Assembly: GCA_036400935.1 (NCBI GenBank)
Contig: DASWWW010000001.1
Location: forward strand, 46,096-110,095
DNA: 64,000 bases
Direction of reading: 5' to 3'
Source: Minisyncoccota bacterium
GTDB lineage: Bacteria; Patescibacteriota; Minisyncoccia; Phycocordibacterales; UBA6065
Numbering within the stretch: position 1 is the stretch's first letter; each line of letters begins with the position of its first letter. This document shows, piece by piece, positions 8,276 through 17,106 of the stretch. Made by a program: the position numbers and the translations under genes. The notes below the pieces were generated by a model, which saw nothing but the letters and a program-made list of their open reading frames with translations, made no database searches and was not told where the DNA came from.

Positions 8276-9058
8276 TTATTTTTTATTGCCACCAATCGTG
8301 CCCCATAGATTCTTGAAAAGCTCGCGCATGTTCTCGGCATAGACAGCGTCATGTATCTCAACCAAATAGTAGGGGTGCTGCTTTGTCATCATGAATACAA
8401 CGTATTCTCCTAGGGCCCATGTTGTTGCGGTGAATTTAAAATCCTCCTTCCAGAATTTGATTTGGCGGCGTTCCAGGTTTCTCGCTTGCATGTTTCGTTC
8501 GACGCTCGAATCATTTGAGATTATCTTTACGTCGAACTGCTGAGGGGCTCTTTTCCAATACCACTCGATCCACTCGAGATGCTCCTTCTTTTCAACCATC
8601 GTATGGTCTTGGAATCCCCACCACGTGAGATCTTTTGTTGCAGCCATGCTCGATTCCCAGATCGGCGTCTGGCTATAAAGAAAATCAGTCATGTTGTGCT
8701 CCTCGATGAATCGCATCTTGGGTACCGAATAGGATTTCGATTTAGGCACGCTCTCAAGCTTCGTCACGAGCTCTTGGGCTATTTTCCTTTTTTCCGAAAG
8801 CGCTCTTTCCTCGACTTGGAGCGCTTTCTCAAGATGCTCGAGGGGTAGGGCGACAAAATAGCCGTTTGGGCCATGTATGTCTTCAGCCATAACGCCCCTT
8901 TTGATGAGCTCTTTGCCGACGGAATACACGGTAGGTCTCTTGATATTGGTCAGGGAGGCGATTGCGGCGGGCGCTATTTTGCCATTTTCTAGTACGGTCA
9001 GATATACCTGAATCTCCTTATCGGTAAAGCCAAGTTTTTTGAGTAATTCATCGATCAT
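8276..9058 (-). CDS. TrmB-family transcriptional regulator (paralog of 13961..14758)
   Basis: LKKLGFTDKEIQVYLTVL...IKRPTVYSVGKELIKRG; VPKMRFIEE; TWWGFQDH. Confidence 0.88.
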   Translation of the reverse strand: MIDELLKKLGFTDKEIQVYLTVLENGKIAPAAIASLTNIKRPTVYSVGKELIKRGVMAEDIHGPNGYFVALPLEHLEKALQVEERALSEKRKIAQELVTKLESVPKSKSYSVPKMRFIEEHNMTDFLYSQTPIWESSMAATKDLTWWGFQDHTMVEKKEHLEWIEWYWKRAPQQFDVKIISNDSSVERNMQARNLERRQIKFWKEDFKFTATTWALGEYVVFMMTKQHPYYLVEIHDAVYAENMRELFKNLWGTIGGNKK

Positions 9059-9083
9059 GGCTCTAGTATAACCAATCTCTAAT

Positions 9084-9105
9084 TGTTGTCAATGTTAAAT
9101 CAACA
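9084..9105. promoter_or_regulatory. putative TrmB operator TGTTGTCAATGTTAAATCAACA
   Basis: Imperfect palindrome; near-identical ends in the site at 14774-14795 upstream of the paralog. Confidence 0.6.
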
Positions 9106-9167
9106 GATAAATACCTTTATCTTATATAGATTATATCGATTTATCTAAATAAATCGTTGATTTTAAA

Positions 9168-9196
9168 TTGACAATTAATAAAAACTGTGCAATACT
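9168..9196 (+). promoter_or_regulatory. sigma70-type promoter of the MTase-barrel operon
   Basis: TTGACA-17 bp-AATACT. Confidence 0.55.
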
Positions 9197-9337
9197 TATA
9201 TAAGAAAGTAAAGTTCATTACATTGCGTTGGTTATGGAAACGGGCCCTATCTAGATATCGGCCCGACTCCGTAACCAATGCGACTGATAAGCTCCCTTCT
9301 TGGGATGACACGGTTGCTGAGGTGAGGAACATACGCC

Positions 9338-10090
9338 ATGAGTACCACTGATACAAGTGCTGGTGCGAAAAACGACGGACGGTTCGCTCACACGCTCGGG
9401 GAGGAGTACGAGTTGCTACTGAAATCGATGCCTCATTATAGCGAGGTTCAGTGGAGGATCGGCCAGATCATTGGGAAAAGGTTTGAGGGCAAACCCGTTT
9501 CTAAGGTCAAGGTCCTTGAAATCGGCTGCGGTACCGGTATCACTACGCGGGCGATTCTCGGGTGCGATGTGAGGACGGAGATCTGGGCTGTCGACAACGA
9601 GAAGGTGATGCTCGAGCAGGCAAGGGCCATGGTAAAGGGTCTGCGCGCCCAAAGCCGTGTTCATTTCGAGCAGCACGACATCTTGGTCTTCCTCGGGACG
9701 GTTCCGGATAGCTACTTCGATGTCGTCGCTTCTGCCTGGGTGCTCCATAACTTCGAGAATGGTTTACGTGAGGAAATCATGAAAGAAATCTATCGGGTGC
9801 TCAAGCCGGGAGGGCTTTTCGTGAACGGCGACAAGTATGCCCACGACGATCTCGCCGAGCGGGCATCGAGGCTCGCTGAGCAGATCCGACGCTTTGACGT
9901 CTACGATGGCATGGGCCGCTCGGACTACAAGGCGGAGTGGATCGCTCACTACGTGCAGGACGAGCGTCCGGAAGTGATCTGGATCGAAGGTGAGGCGAAG
10001 AAGCAGATGCACCGGCTCGGCTTCGAGATGGTTGGTCCGATTTATCGCTGCCTCATGGAGGCCGTGATGGTCGGGACCAAGCCGGTCTGA
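9338..10090 (+). CDS. class I SAM-dependent methyltransferase
   Basis: VLEIGCGTG, AVDNEKVML, FDVVASAWVLHN and YRVLKPGGLFVNGD motifs. Confidence 0.92.
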   Translation: MSTTDTSAGAKNDGRFAHTLGEEYELLLKSMPHYSEVQWRIGQIIGKRFEGKPVSKVKVLEIGCGTGITTRAILGCDVRTEIWAVDNEKVMLEQARAMVKGLRAQSRVHFEQHDILVFLGTVPDSYFDVVASAWVLHNFENGLREEIMKEIYRVLKPGGLFVNGDKYAHDDLAERASRLAEQIRRFDVYDGMGRSDYKAEWIAHYVQDERPEVIWIEGEAKKQMHRLGFEMVGPIYRCLMEAVMVGTKPV

Positions 10091-10225
10091 GCTTATCAGG
10101 AGAGTTGGAAGACTCATTAAAACTTTCAGCCTGCATCTCGATCGATGCAGGTTCCTACGAGGCTTACGACGCAAGTGCGTCGCGGGTCTCCAGGAATAGG
10201 ACATTGAAATATTTCAGCTTTCTCT

Positions 10226-10975
10226 ATGAAAACGACACTGCTGCTAGTTGCTATCGCATCAGTCGCGCTCCTTTCGAGCGGGACTTCCGCTTCGGAGTCA
10301 AAAGGACCGAGCGTTACCGTAGGGACTTTGATTACTAACAAGTATCTGGCCTCGGGGACAGGCTCGACGCTGAGTCGGGATCCAGCGCTCCAGTCGGATC
10401 TATTCGTTATGTTTCCAAATGGCTTCTACGTAGATCTCTGGAATTCCAGAAGCCTTCGCGGCTCATGGGATGACGGAAGCCTTGGCAACGAGGTGGACTA
10501 CAGCGTTGGCTGGAAGGGCGCGGTTGCTGAGGGCGCAAGTCTGAACGTTGCCACGTCCTACTTCGACGAGCCGAGGGCTTTCGATCTTGGTAAAGGCGAC
10601 ATTCTCTATACACGCGCGTTTCTGACCAAGGGCTTCAAGCTCTTGCCTGTCACGATCGGGTATGAGAACTATGTCGCTATGCCTAGCTCGGGTTTCCGCG
10701 GCGGGAGCCTGGTTAGCCTGGGCTCGGGCAAGTCTTGGTCTGGGATCGAGAGCAAGATCTCGGCGCGCGTCTCGGCTGCTGCGGTGTATGACTTCGGCAC
10801 GCTAGGCACTTCGAGCGGAGTGATATTTCGAGGCGGCGCAGGCATTGACTGGAAAGCCTCGAAGCGTCTGACCGTCAATCTGATTGGAGCGAATTGGTTT
10901 GTTCCGGTAACTCCTCGGGATAAGCGATCATCAGACGTCGCTTTCTCTACTGGCGTTACGTGGAGTGTGAAATAG
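10226..10975 (+). CDS. TorF/TIGR02001-like putative outer-membrane beta-barrel protein
   Basis: Signal peptide; NKYL..G...SRDPALQ...GFYVDLWNS...NEVDYSVGW pattern; alternating amphipathic strands; C-terminal GVTWSVK. Confidence 0.7.
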   Translation: MKTTLLLVAIASVALLSSGTSASESKGPSVTVGTLITNKYLASGTGSTLSRDPALQSDLFVMFPNGFYVDLWNSRSLRGSWDDGSLGNEVDYSVGWKGAVAEGASLNVATSYFDEPRAFDLGKGDILYTRAFLTKGFKLLPVTIGYENYVAMPSSGFRGGSLVSLGSGKSWSGIESKISARVSAAAVYDFGTLGTSSGVIFRGGAGIDWKASKRLTVNLIGANWFVPVTPRDKRSSDVAFSTGVTWSVK

Positions 10976-11112
10976 TCGCTTTGTCAGATTCAAGCCCGCA
11001 TCATGAAAATGATGTGGGTTTTTATTTTGCTATGTGACAAATAAAAAACCGCCCAGTGAGCGGTTTTTTTGCTACTATCGCTTAGCACTAGTAGGGAACA
11101 GGCGGCACATAT

Positions 11113-11186
11113 GCGGGCGTGGTTTAATGGTAGAACGATTGCCTTCCAAGCAGTACGTCCGGGTTCGATTCCCGGCGCCCGCACCA
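11113..11186 (+). tRNA. tRNA-Gly(TCC), copy 2 with CCA
   Basis: Identical to 6902-6972, followed by CCA and a terminator at about 11192-11220. Confidence 0.93.
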
Positions 11187-11231
11187 ACAAATGGAAAATC
11201 CCCGGAAGGGGATTTTTCATTGCCAGCATTG

Positions 11232-11693
11232 CTAGACTTCCTCGTATTCAAACCCGATCATTTTCGTATCTTCCTCATTATAGAAAGCCTTTGCCTTGAT
11301 TCTCTTTCCCTTAAGCACAAGCTCGAGCCAGGCCCTATCTGAGTCCCACATCTTGTCGAAAGGAACCGCATCGAACGCGAACCAACGGGGAAGCGCCATC
11401 TCTTCTGTCTCGATAAAATCGCCTCGCCACGCGCGGACAAAGAATACGTGGCATTCGAATGTCGCTACGCCGCCTTTGGAAAAGCTAATAGTCGCCACCT
11501 TTTCTAGATCCTGCTCGTTCGCGGATATACCGCTTTCCTCATTGAGCTCGCGCATCGCAGCCGCCTCGACCCTTTCGCCCGTCTGGACCTTGCCTCCATA
11601 TCCGTTTAGACGCCCTGCGCCATGCCCGCGCCGCTTCTCGGAAAGCAGTATTTGACCGTCTTTGACAGGGAATACGATGGTGGCGACTTTCAT
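11232..11693 (-). CDS. NUDIX hydrolase, 8-oxo-dGTP diphosphatase (MTH1-like)
   Basis: KRRGHGAGRLNGYGGKV...AAMRELNEESG; ETEEMALPRWF; MWDSD. Confidence 0.88.
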   Translation of the reverse strand: MKVATIVFPVKDGQILLSEKRRGHGAGRLNGYGGKVQTGERVEAAAMRELNEESGISANEQDLEKVATISFSKGGVATFECHVFFVRAWRGDFIETEEMALPRWFAFDAVPFDKMWDSDRAWLELVLKGKRIKAKAFYNEEDTKMIGFEYEEV

Positions 11694-11765
11694 GAGCTAA
11701 GTATAGCCCAGGTACCTGCAGCAAAAAACCGCCCAGTGGGCGGTTTTTTGCAATTCTGATCAGAA

Positions 11766-12038
11766 TTATTTGACTGAGTCCTTGAGAGCCTTAGCTGCTC
11801 GGAACTTAGGAACCTTCATAGCTGGGACCGAGATGGTCTCGCCGGTTCGAGGATTTCGTGCCTGTCGAGCCTTTCGCATCTTCACTGAGAAGATACCGAG
11901 GCCTGCGATAGAAACTTCATCGCCCTTCTTGAGGCCTGCGACGATAGAGTCGAAAACCTTGTCGACTACCTGCTCTGCCTGTACCTTCGTTGTATTAAGA
12001 ACTCCGTGTACTGCTTCTACGATTGCTGCTTTGTTCAT
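11766..12038 (-). CDS. hup: HU DNA-binding protein
   Basis: MNKAAIV...VSIAGLGIF...RKARQARNPRTGE...PKFRAAKALKD. Confidence 0.96.
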   Translation of the reverse strand: MNKAAIVEAVHGVLNTTKVQAEQVVDKVFDSIVAGLKKGDEVSIAGLGIFSVKMRKARQARNPRTGETISVPAMKVPKFRAAKALKDSVK

Positions 12039-12187
12039 GATATGGAAATTACCTTTAATAATACGAACTTACTTGCGCTGGATTTTCATCGAGCGCTTTC
12101 CACTCGGTAGTCGAGGGGTTGGTCTATATAGATTATATAAGAAGCCATTTTTTAGGCAAATAGCGAAAATATGGCTCTGTTGACAAC

Positions 12188-12196
12188 TGTGGATAA
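12188..12196 (-). promoter_or_regulatory. perfect DnaA box upstream of hup
   Basis: TGTGGATAA on the + strand. Confidence 0.45.
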
Positions 12197-12247
12197 GAAA
12201 AAAGTAGAAATAATAAAACGGCTCTGTTGAGCCGTTTTATTAGGTAT

Positions 12248-13777
12248 CTATCGGGCGAATTCCGTAATCCTATTTTCCCGAATTAGCGTGACTTTAATTT
12301 CTCCTGGGTACTTTAGATCCTGCTCTATCTTTTCAGCTACGGCGCGCGCCATGTTCTTTGCTTCGATATCCGAAACCTGATCTGGCTTCACAAAAATGCG
12401 GATTTCGCGACCGGCCTGGAGGGCGTACGCCTTCTCGACGCCGCTCATTCCCGTGGCGATTGCCTCCAAATCCTGCAATCGCTTGATGTAGTTCTCGACG
12501 CTGTCGTGTCGGGCTCCTGGTCGGGCTCCAGATATGGCGTCCGCCACCTGAACGATGATGGATTCGACGGTTTCGTACGGATATTCGTCGTGATGGGCCT
12601 GCATGGCCTTGATTATGGCCTCATCCGCGCCGAATTTCTGCAAAATACGGCGTCCGATCTCGACATGGGAGCCCTGAACCTCGTGGTCGAGGGCCTTTCC
12701 GATGTCGTGAACGAGGGCTCCGGCCTTTGCTACGGCCACATTTGCGCCCAATTCCTCGGCAATCATGCCTGCGACGTGCGCCATCTCAACGGAATGCTGC
12801 AAAACGTTCTGTCCATACGATGTTCGGAAGTAGAGGCGGCCTAAAATGGCTATGATTCGTGGATCGAGATTCATAACGCCCACTTCGTAGGCTGCCTGCT
12901 CGCCCTTTTCCTTGATTACTCTATTTATGTCCTCGCGAGCCTTCTCTACGAGCTTTTCGATCTTTGCTGGCTGTATGCGGCCATCTTTTATGAGCTCCTC
13001 GAGGGCCATTCGGGCGATCTGGCGGCGGATAGGGTCGAATGACGACAATATAATGGTGCCCGGGGTGTCGTCGACGATGACTTCTACGCCGGTAACTCGC
13101 TCAAAGCTCTTGATATTTCGGCCTTCCTTGCCGATGATCTTGCCCTTGATCTCGTCAGAGGCGATCGTGATAGAGGTGGAAAAAATATCAGAACCTACGG
13201 CGTTTCCGAGGCGGTGTATAGCGGTCGCGAGGATATCCTTGGCGCGGGCCTCGATCTTGTCCTGGTTGGCGCGCTCCAATTTCTGCATGCGCACGAGCAA
13301 ATCGTCGCTATACTTGTTCTCGGTTGTCTTTATGATCTCTTCTTTGGCCTGCTCCTGAGTGAGGCGGGCTGTTGTTTCGAGGGCATTCTGCCTGTCGGCA
13401 AGGAGCTTGTCGGCGCGCTCCTTGATAGAGCGGATTTCAGCGGCCTTGGCCTTGATGGATTCGACTTCGGAATCGAGGTCTGCCTGGCGTTTTTCGAGGG
13501 AATCCTCCTTCTTTATGAGGCGATCCTCGATTGCCTTTGCCTTTTCCTCCTTTTCTTTGACCTCCTGGCGCAATTCCTTCATCGTATCGGCGGCTTTCTG
13601 TTCCGCGTCGAGGACGATTTTCTTGGCCTGCTCTTCGGCGGTCAGAAGGGCGTGCTTGAGGTCTGTTTCGATAGATCGCTTCTTTGCGAGCGCGATCAAA
13701 AGACGCGCCCAATATCCAAGGGCCGCGCCTCCGATCATGGTCGCCGTAGCGAGCAAGAGGGCGTATATAAGTGACAT
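12248..13777 (-). CDS. rny: ribonuclease Y
   Basis: N-terminal TM, coiled coil, KH domain (KGKIIGKEGRNIK), HD domain (HDIGKA), ADAISGARPGAR. Confidence 0.97.
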   Translation of the reverse strand: MSLIYALLLATATMIGGAALGYWARLLIALAKKRSIETDLKHALLTAEEQAKKIVLDAEQKAADTMKELRQEVKEKEEKAKAIEDRLIKKEDSLEKRQADLDSEVESIKAKAAEIRSIKERADKLLADRQNALETTARLTQEQAKEEIIKTTENKYSDDLLVRMQKLERANQDKIEARAKDILATAIHRLGNAVGSDIFSTSITIASDEIKGKIIGKEGRNIKSFERVTGVEVIVDDTPGTIILSSFDPIRRQIARMALEELIKDGRIQPAKIEKLVEKAREDINRVIKEKGEQAAYEVGVMNLDPRIIAILGRLYFRTSYGQNVLQHSVEMAHVAGMIAEELGANVAVAKAGALVHDIGKALDHEVQGSHVEIGRRILQKFGADEAIIKAMQAHHDEYPYETVESIIVQVADAISGARPGARHDSVENYIKRLQDLEAIATGMSGVEKAYALQAGREIRIFVKPDQVSDIEAKNMARAVAEKIEQDLKYPGEIKVTLIRENRITEFAR

Positions 13778-13960
13778 ATTTTTATAAAGCCGTCAGCTTT
13801 TAGGGTCTGTGTTGGGCGAAAGAGATTGAGAGATTTCTGAGTCGAAGGGAGGAGGAAAGGGGCGTCCAAGAGATCGTTGATGCGTCCGGCCGGAAATTAA
13901 AGGGGTAACGATTTCATACTACATACAAAGCGGGGGAGTGGCAAGGGTAAGCTGTCGGGC

Positions 13961-14758
13961 CTATGCGATTTTGCTCCCGGCCGAGGATTCGGTGAGCGAC
14001 CACAGCTTCTTGAAGACCTCACGCATGTTGTGGGCGAGCGTCACGTCGTGAATCTCTACCAGGTAGAAAGGGTGCTGCCTGGTTACTGCCATGACAAGAT
14101 AGTCGCCCGCGACCCACACGCTCGATGTGAAATTCATGCCGGGGAGGAAGCGTATGTCGCGCTTTTCTCGCGAAAGCGTGCGCTTCATCTTGTTCTCGAT
14201 GGGCGATATGTTGCTCAGCAGGTGGGCCTTTACTCGGGGGTCCTGATACTGCTTCTGATTCCATACCCACCTGATCCATTCCTCGTAATTCTCGACGAGG
14301 CTGTGATCCTGAAAGCCCCACCAGGTGAAGTCGATTGAGGATATGGCGTCTTGCCACTTGTGAAAATTTTCATAGAGGAAATTCTTGAGGCCGCTTTCCT
14401 CCACGAATCTGATTTTCGGCACGGGATACTCCTTTTCTGCCGTGACGACGCTGAGCTCGTCTATGAGCTTCTTTATAAGCGACTCCTTTTCCTCGAGCTC
14501 GCGGCGCGGCTTCTCGATTATCTGCTTGAGGCTTTCGAGGGGCAGGGGGCTTAGGTACAAGGTCTTTCCGCCCAAGTCTTCGGCAATGATCCCTTTGGTA
14601 AGCAGGCTGCGCGCGATATTGTAGACGGTTGGCCTGCTGATGCCGCAGATTTTGGATAGGGAGGTGGGGGTCATGCGCCCCTTCTTTATAAGGGCGAGAT
14701 AGACTTTTATTTCTTTAGCGTTGAGGCCGATATCGGCGAGTTTCTCATTTAGTGACAT
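13961..14758 (-). CDS. TrmB-family transcriptional regulator (paralog of 8276..9058)
   Basis: MSLNEKLADIGLNAKEIKVYLAL...ISRPTVYNI; VPKIRFVEE; TWWGFQDH; QHPFYLVEIHD. Confidence 0.88.
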   Translation of the reverse strand: MSLNEKLADIGLNAKEIKVYLALIKKGRMTPTSLSKICGISRPTVYNIARSLLTKGIIAEDLGGKTLYLSPLPLESLKQIIEKPRRELEEKESLIKKLIDELSVVTAEKEYPVPKIRFVEESGLKNFLYENFHKWQDAISSIDFTWWGFQDHSLVENYEEWIRWVWNQKQYQDPRVKAHLLSNISPIENKMKRTLSREKRDIRFLPGMNFTSSVWVAGDYLVMAVTRQHPFYLVEIHDVTLAHNMREVFKKLWSLTESSAGSKIA

Positions 14759-14773
14759 AAATGCAGGATATTC

Positions 14774-14795
14774 TGTTGTCAGAGTTTTGTCAACA
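14774..14795. promoter_or_regulatory. putative TrmB operator TGTTGTCAGAGTTTTGTCAACA
   Basis: Near-perfect palindrome matching 9084-9105. Confidence 0.6.
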
Positions 14796-14890
14796 AAAGT
14801 CATACAAAAATTGACAATAATGGGGATATCGCTAGGGTTAATAGTTGAAACGTTCGTTCGGCAACCTTGAAAATTCAATATGGGCTTACT

Positions 14891-15628
14891 ATGAAATACC
14901 TGGTGCTTATCCTTAGTCTCACGCTCTGCGTATCCCGGCTGCAGGCCGCAGATTCCAAAATGTCCTGGTCGCTTACGACCAGCGTACTGTCTCAATATAT
15001 CGGGGAGGGCGGTAGCGTCTTTTCCGAAGATCCCGAGCTCATCACGGATCTAATCGCCTTTAAGGGCGACTGGTATGCGGGCTTGTGGGTAGCCACGGGC
15101 CTTAAGGGCGGTTCATATACCAAATCCTACGCCAATGATTACGATCCGTATGTCGGCTGGGCGCGCGCTTTCGGCCCGGTTAAGTACGAAATTACGGCGA
15201 TTTATTTCGCAATCAGCGATCTGCGGCTTATCCGCGACGATATCTGGGTCTTGGATCAGAAAGTCAGCTTTTCGAAATGTCCTGTCGTCCAGCCGTATAT
15301 AAAGGTGCGTTCCGCCTTTGAGATAGGCTCGAAAAGTTTCGAACGCGGGATGTTCGTCTGGGCGGGAATCGGCAAGTCCATCGCCTTGGGCGAATCAAAG
15401 CTGAGTCTCGACCTATCAACCGCGTATTCGGATGGGGCCTACGGAAAAGACTCGGGATGGATATTCGGCCGGGCATATGCCGGTCTGACTATGCCGCTGT
15501 CCAAGAATCTCTCCGTCATGCCCTCGTTCATGTATCAGGTCCCGGCTTCGGGCCAAAAGGGAAACCCTCGCGGGTTTACGAATGGCAATGAAGTCGTCGC
15601 CGGCATATCGATCACTCGCAAGTTCTGA
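14891..15628 (+). CDS. TorF-like putative outer-membrane beta-barrel protein
   Basis: Signal peptide; SQYIGEGG...DPEL...WYAGLW...DYDPYVGW; amphipathic strands; C-terminal Phe (AGISITRKF). Confidence 0.7.
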   Translation: MKYLVLILSLTLCVSRLQAADSKMSWSLTTSVLSQYIGEGGSVFSEDPELITDLIAFKGDWYAGLWVATGLKGGSYTKSYANDYDPYVGWARAFGPVKYEITAIYFAISDLRLIRDDIWVLDQKVSFSKCPVVQPYIKVRSAFEIGSKSFERGMFVWAGIGKSIALGESKLSLDLSTAYSDGAYGKDSGWIFGRAYAGLTMPLSKNLSVMPSFMYQVPASGQKGNPRGFTNGNEVVAGISITRKF

Positions 15629-15632
15629 CGCC

Positions 15633-16334
15633 ATGCATAACTTACCTCCAGCAGAAATCTATGAGCAGGAGTTCCGTTACATGTCGTGGGGAAAGCTCGT
15701 CGCACAGGTGGCAAAGCGCATCGTCAAAGATGTTCCGCGCGGAGGCAGCGTTCTCGACCTGTGCTGCGGTCCCGGCTACCTCCTCGGGCAGATAAAAAAT
15801 GATCGCCCGGACATTCGTTGCGTCGGCGTCGATCTCGATTCTGAGTTCATCGCTCATGCCCGAAAGCGTTACCCGTCGATAGACTTCGAGATAGGGGACG
15901 TGCTCGCTTGGGATGCAACAGAAAAGTTTGACGCGATCGCTTGCACCGCGGGAGTGCATCATATCCCTCTCGAGAGTCAGGAGAAATTCATCGCGCGCAT
16001 GTCGACCTTTTTTAAGGAAGGCGGCGACATGAAAAGCTTCGCAATTGTCGGCGACCCGTATATCGGCGATTACGAGACCGAGTCGGAGAGGCAGCTCGCG
16101 TCCCTGGAACTCGGTTGCGAGTATCTCGCGGAAGCGATCCGCAACAGCGCGCCGCCGGACGTGGTGAAAGCGGGAATCGGCATCCTGGAGAACGACCTGC
16201 TTCTCGTCGAATGGAAGACGTCGGTCAGAAAGCAGATCGCATGCTTCAGGAGGCACTTCGCCGTCGTCGAAGAGAATCACGTGTGGCCGATAGGGAAGAA
16301 TTTAGGCGACTACTATTTCGTCCTCGGTCGCTGA
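15633..16334 (+). CDS. class I SAM-dependent methyltransferase
   Basis: VLDLCCGPG, VGVDLD and FDAIACTAGVHHI motifs. Confidence 0.9.
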   Translation: MHNLPPAEIYEQEFRYMSWGKLVAQVAKRIVKDVPRGGSVLDLCCGPGYLLGQIKNDRPDIRCVGVDLDSEFIAHARKRYPSIDFEIGDVLAWDATEKFDAIACTAGVHHIPLESQEKFIARMSTFFKEGGDMKSFAIVGDPYIGDYETESERQLASLELGCEYLAEAIRNSAPPDVVKAGIGILENDLLLVEWKTSVRKQIACFRRHFAVVEENHVWPIGKNLGDYYFVLGR

Positions 16335-16398
16335 AGCTCCAAAGCAAAACCGATCACTCGCAAGAGGATCGGTTTTTTTCTTTTCTATTTTTTCGAGA

Positions 16399-16977
16399 CT
16401 AGCTGAGTACCTTGTCGACGATGCCGTACTTCTTTGCCTCCTCCGCATCGAGGAAGAAGTCTCGGTCGACATCCTTCTCGATCTGGGCAAGCGGCTTGCC
16501 GGTGTTGTCCGAGAGAATCTTGTTCAGTCGCTCGCGCGTCTTCAGGATGTGCTTCGCGGTGATCGCGATATCGGCCGCCTGGCCCTCGACTCCTCCGAGC
16601 GGCTGATGGATCATGACCTCGGCGTTCGGGAGGACGTATCGCTTTCCTTTTTCTCCCGCAGAGAGAATAACCGCACCCATCGACGCCGCCATTCCAACGC
16701 AGACGGTCGACACGTCGTTCTTCACGTGATTCATCGTATCGATGATCGCGAGTCCCGCGGTAACCGATCCGCCTGGTGAGTTCACGTAGAGCGAGATGTC
16801 TTTTTTAGAATCTTCCGACTGGAGGAAGAGGAGCTGCGCGATCACGGTGTTCGCAACCGCGTCGTCGATCGGGCCTGAGAGGAAGATGATGTTTTCCTTG
16901 AGGAGGCGCGAGTAGATATCATAAGCGCGCTCGCCCATGGTTGTTTTCTCGATGACGGTTGGGATGAGTATAGACAT
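16399..16977 (-). CDS. clpP: ATP-dependent Clp protease proteolytic subunit
   Basis: [21 protein letters not shown] and MIHQPLGG motifs. Confidence 0.98.
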   Translation of the reverse strand: MSILIPTVIEKTTMGERAYDIYSRLLKENIIFLSGPIDDAVANTVIAQLLFLQSEDSKKDISLYVNSPGGSVTAGLAIIDTMNHVKNDVSTVCVGMAASMGAVILSAGEKGKRYVLPNAEVMIHQPLGGVEGQAADIAITAKHILKTRERLNKILSDNTGKPLAQIEKDVDRDFFLDAEEAKKYGIVDKVLS

Positions 16978-17106
16978 ACGTGTTGTGATTAAGGTTTCGA
17001 TAATTGCCCGCGACTGAGGGATAGCGAAACAATATACAAAAAGGCAGGGAAGCGCAATACGGGCGGGCGTGTTTCTTTTTCTGAGAAACTGCCTATACTG
17101 TTACAC

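Noticed and set aside
6820-11342. Duplicated small ORFs at 6820/6858 and 11034/11069
   Set aside because: They are translations through the duplicated tRNA-Gly repeat
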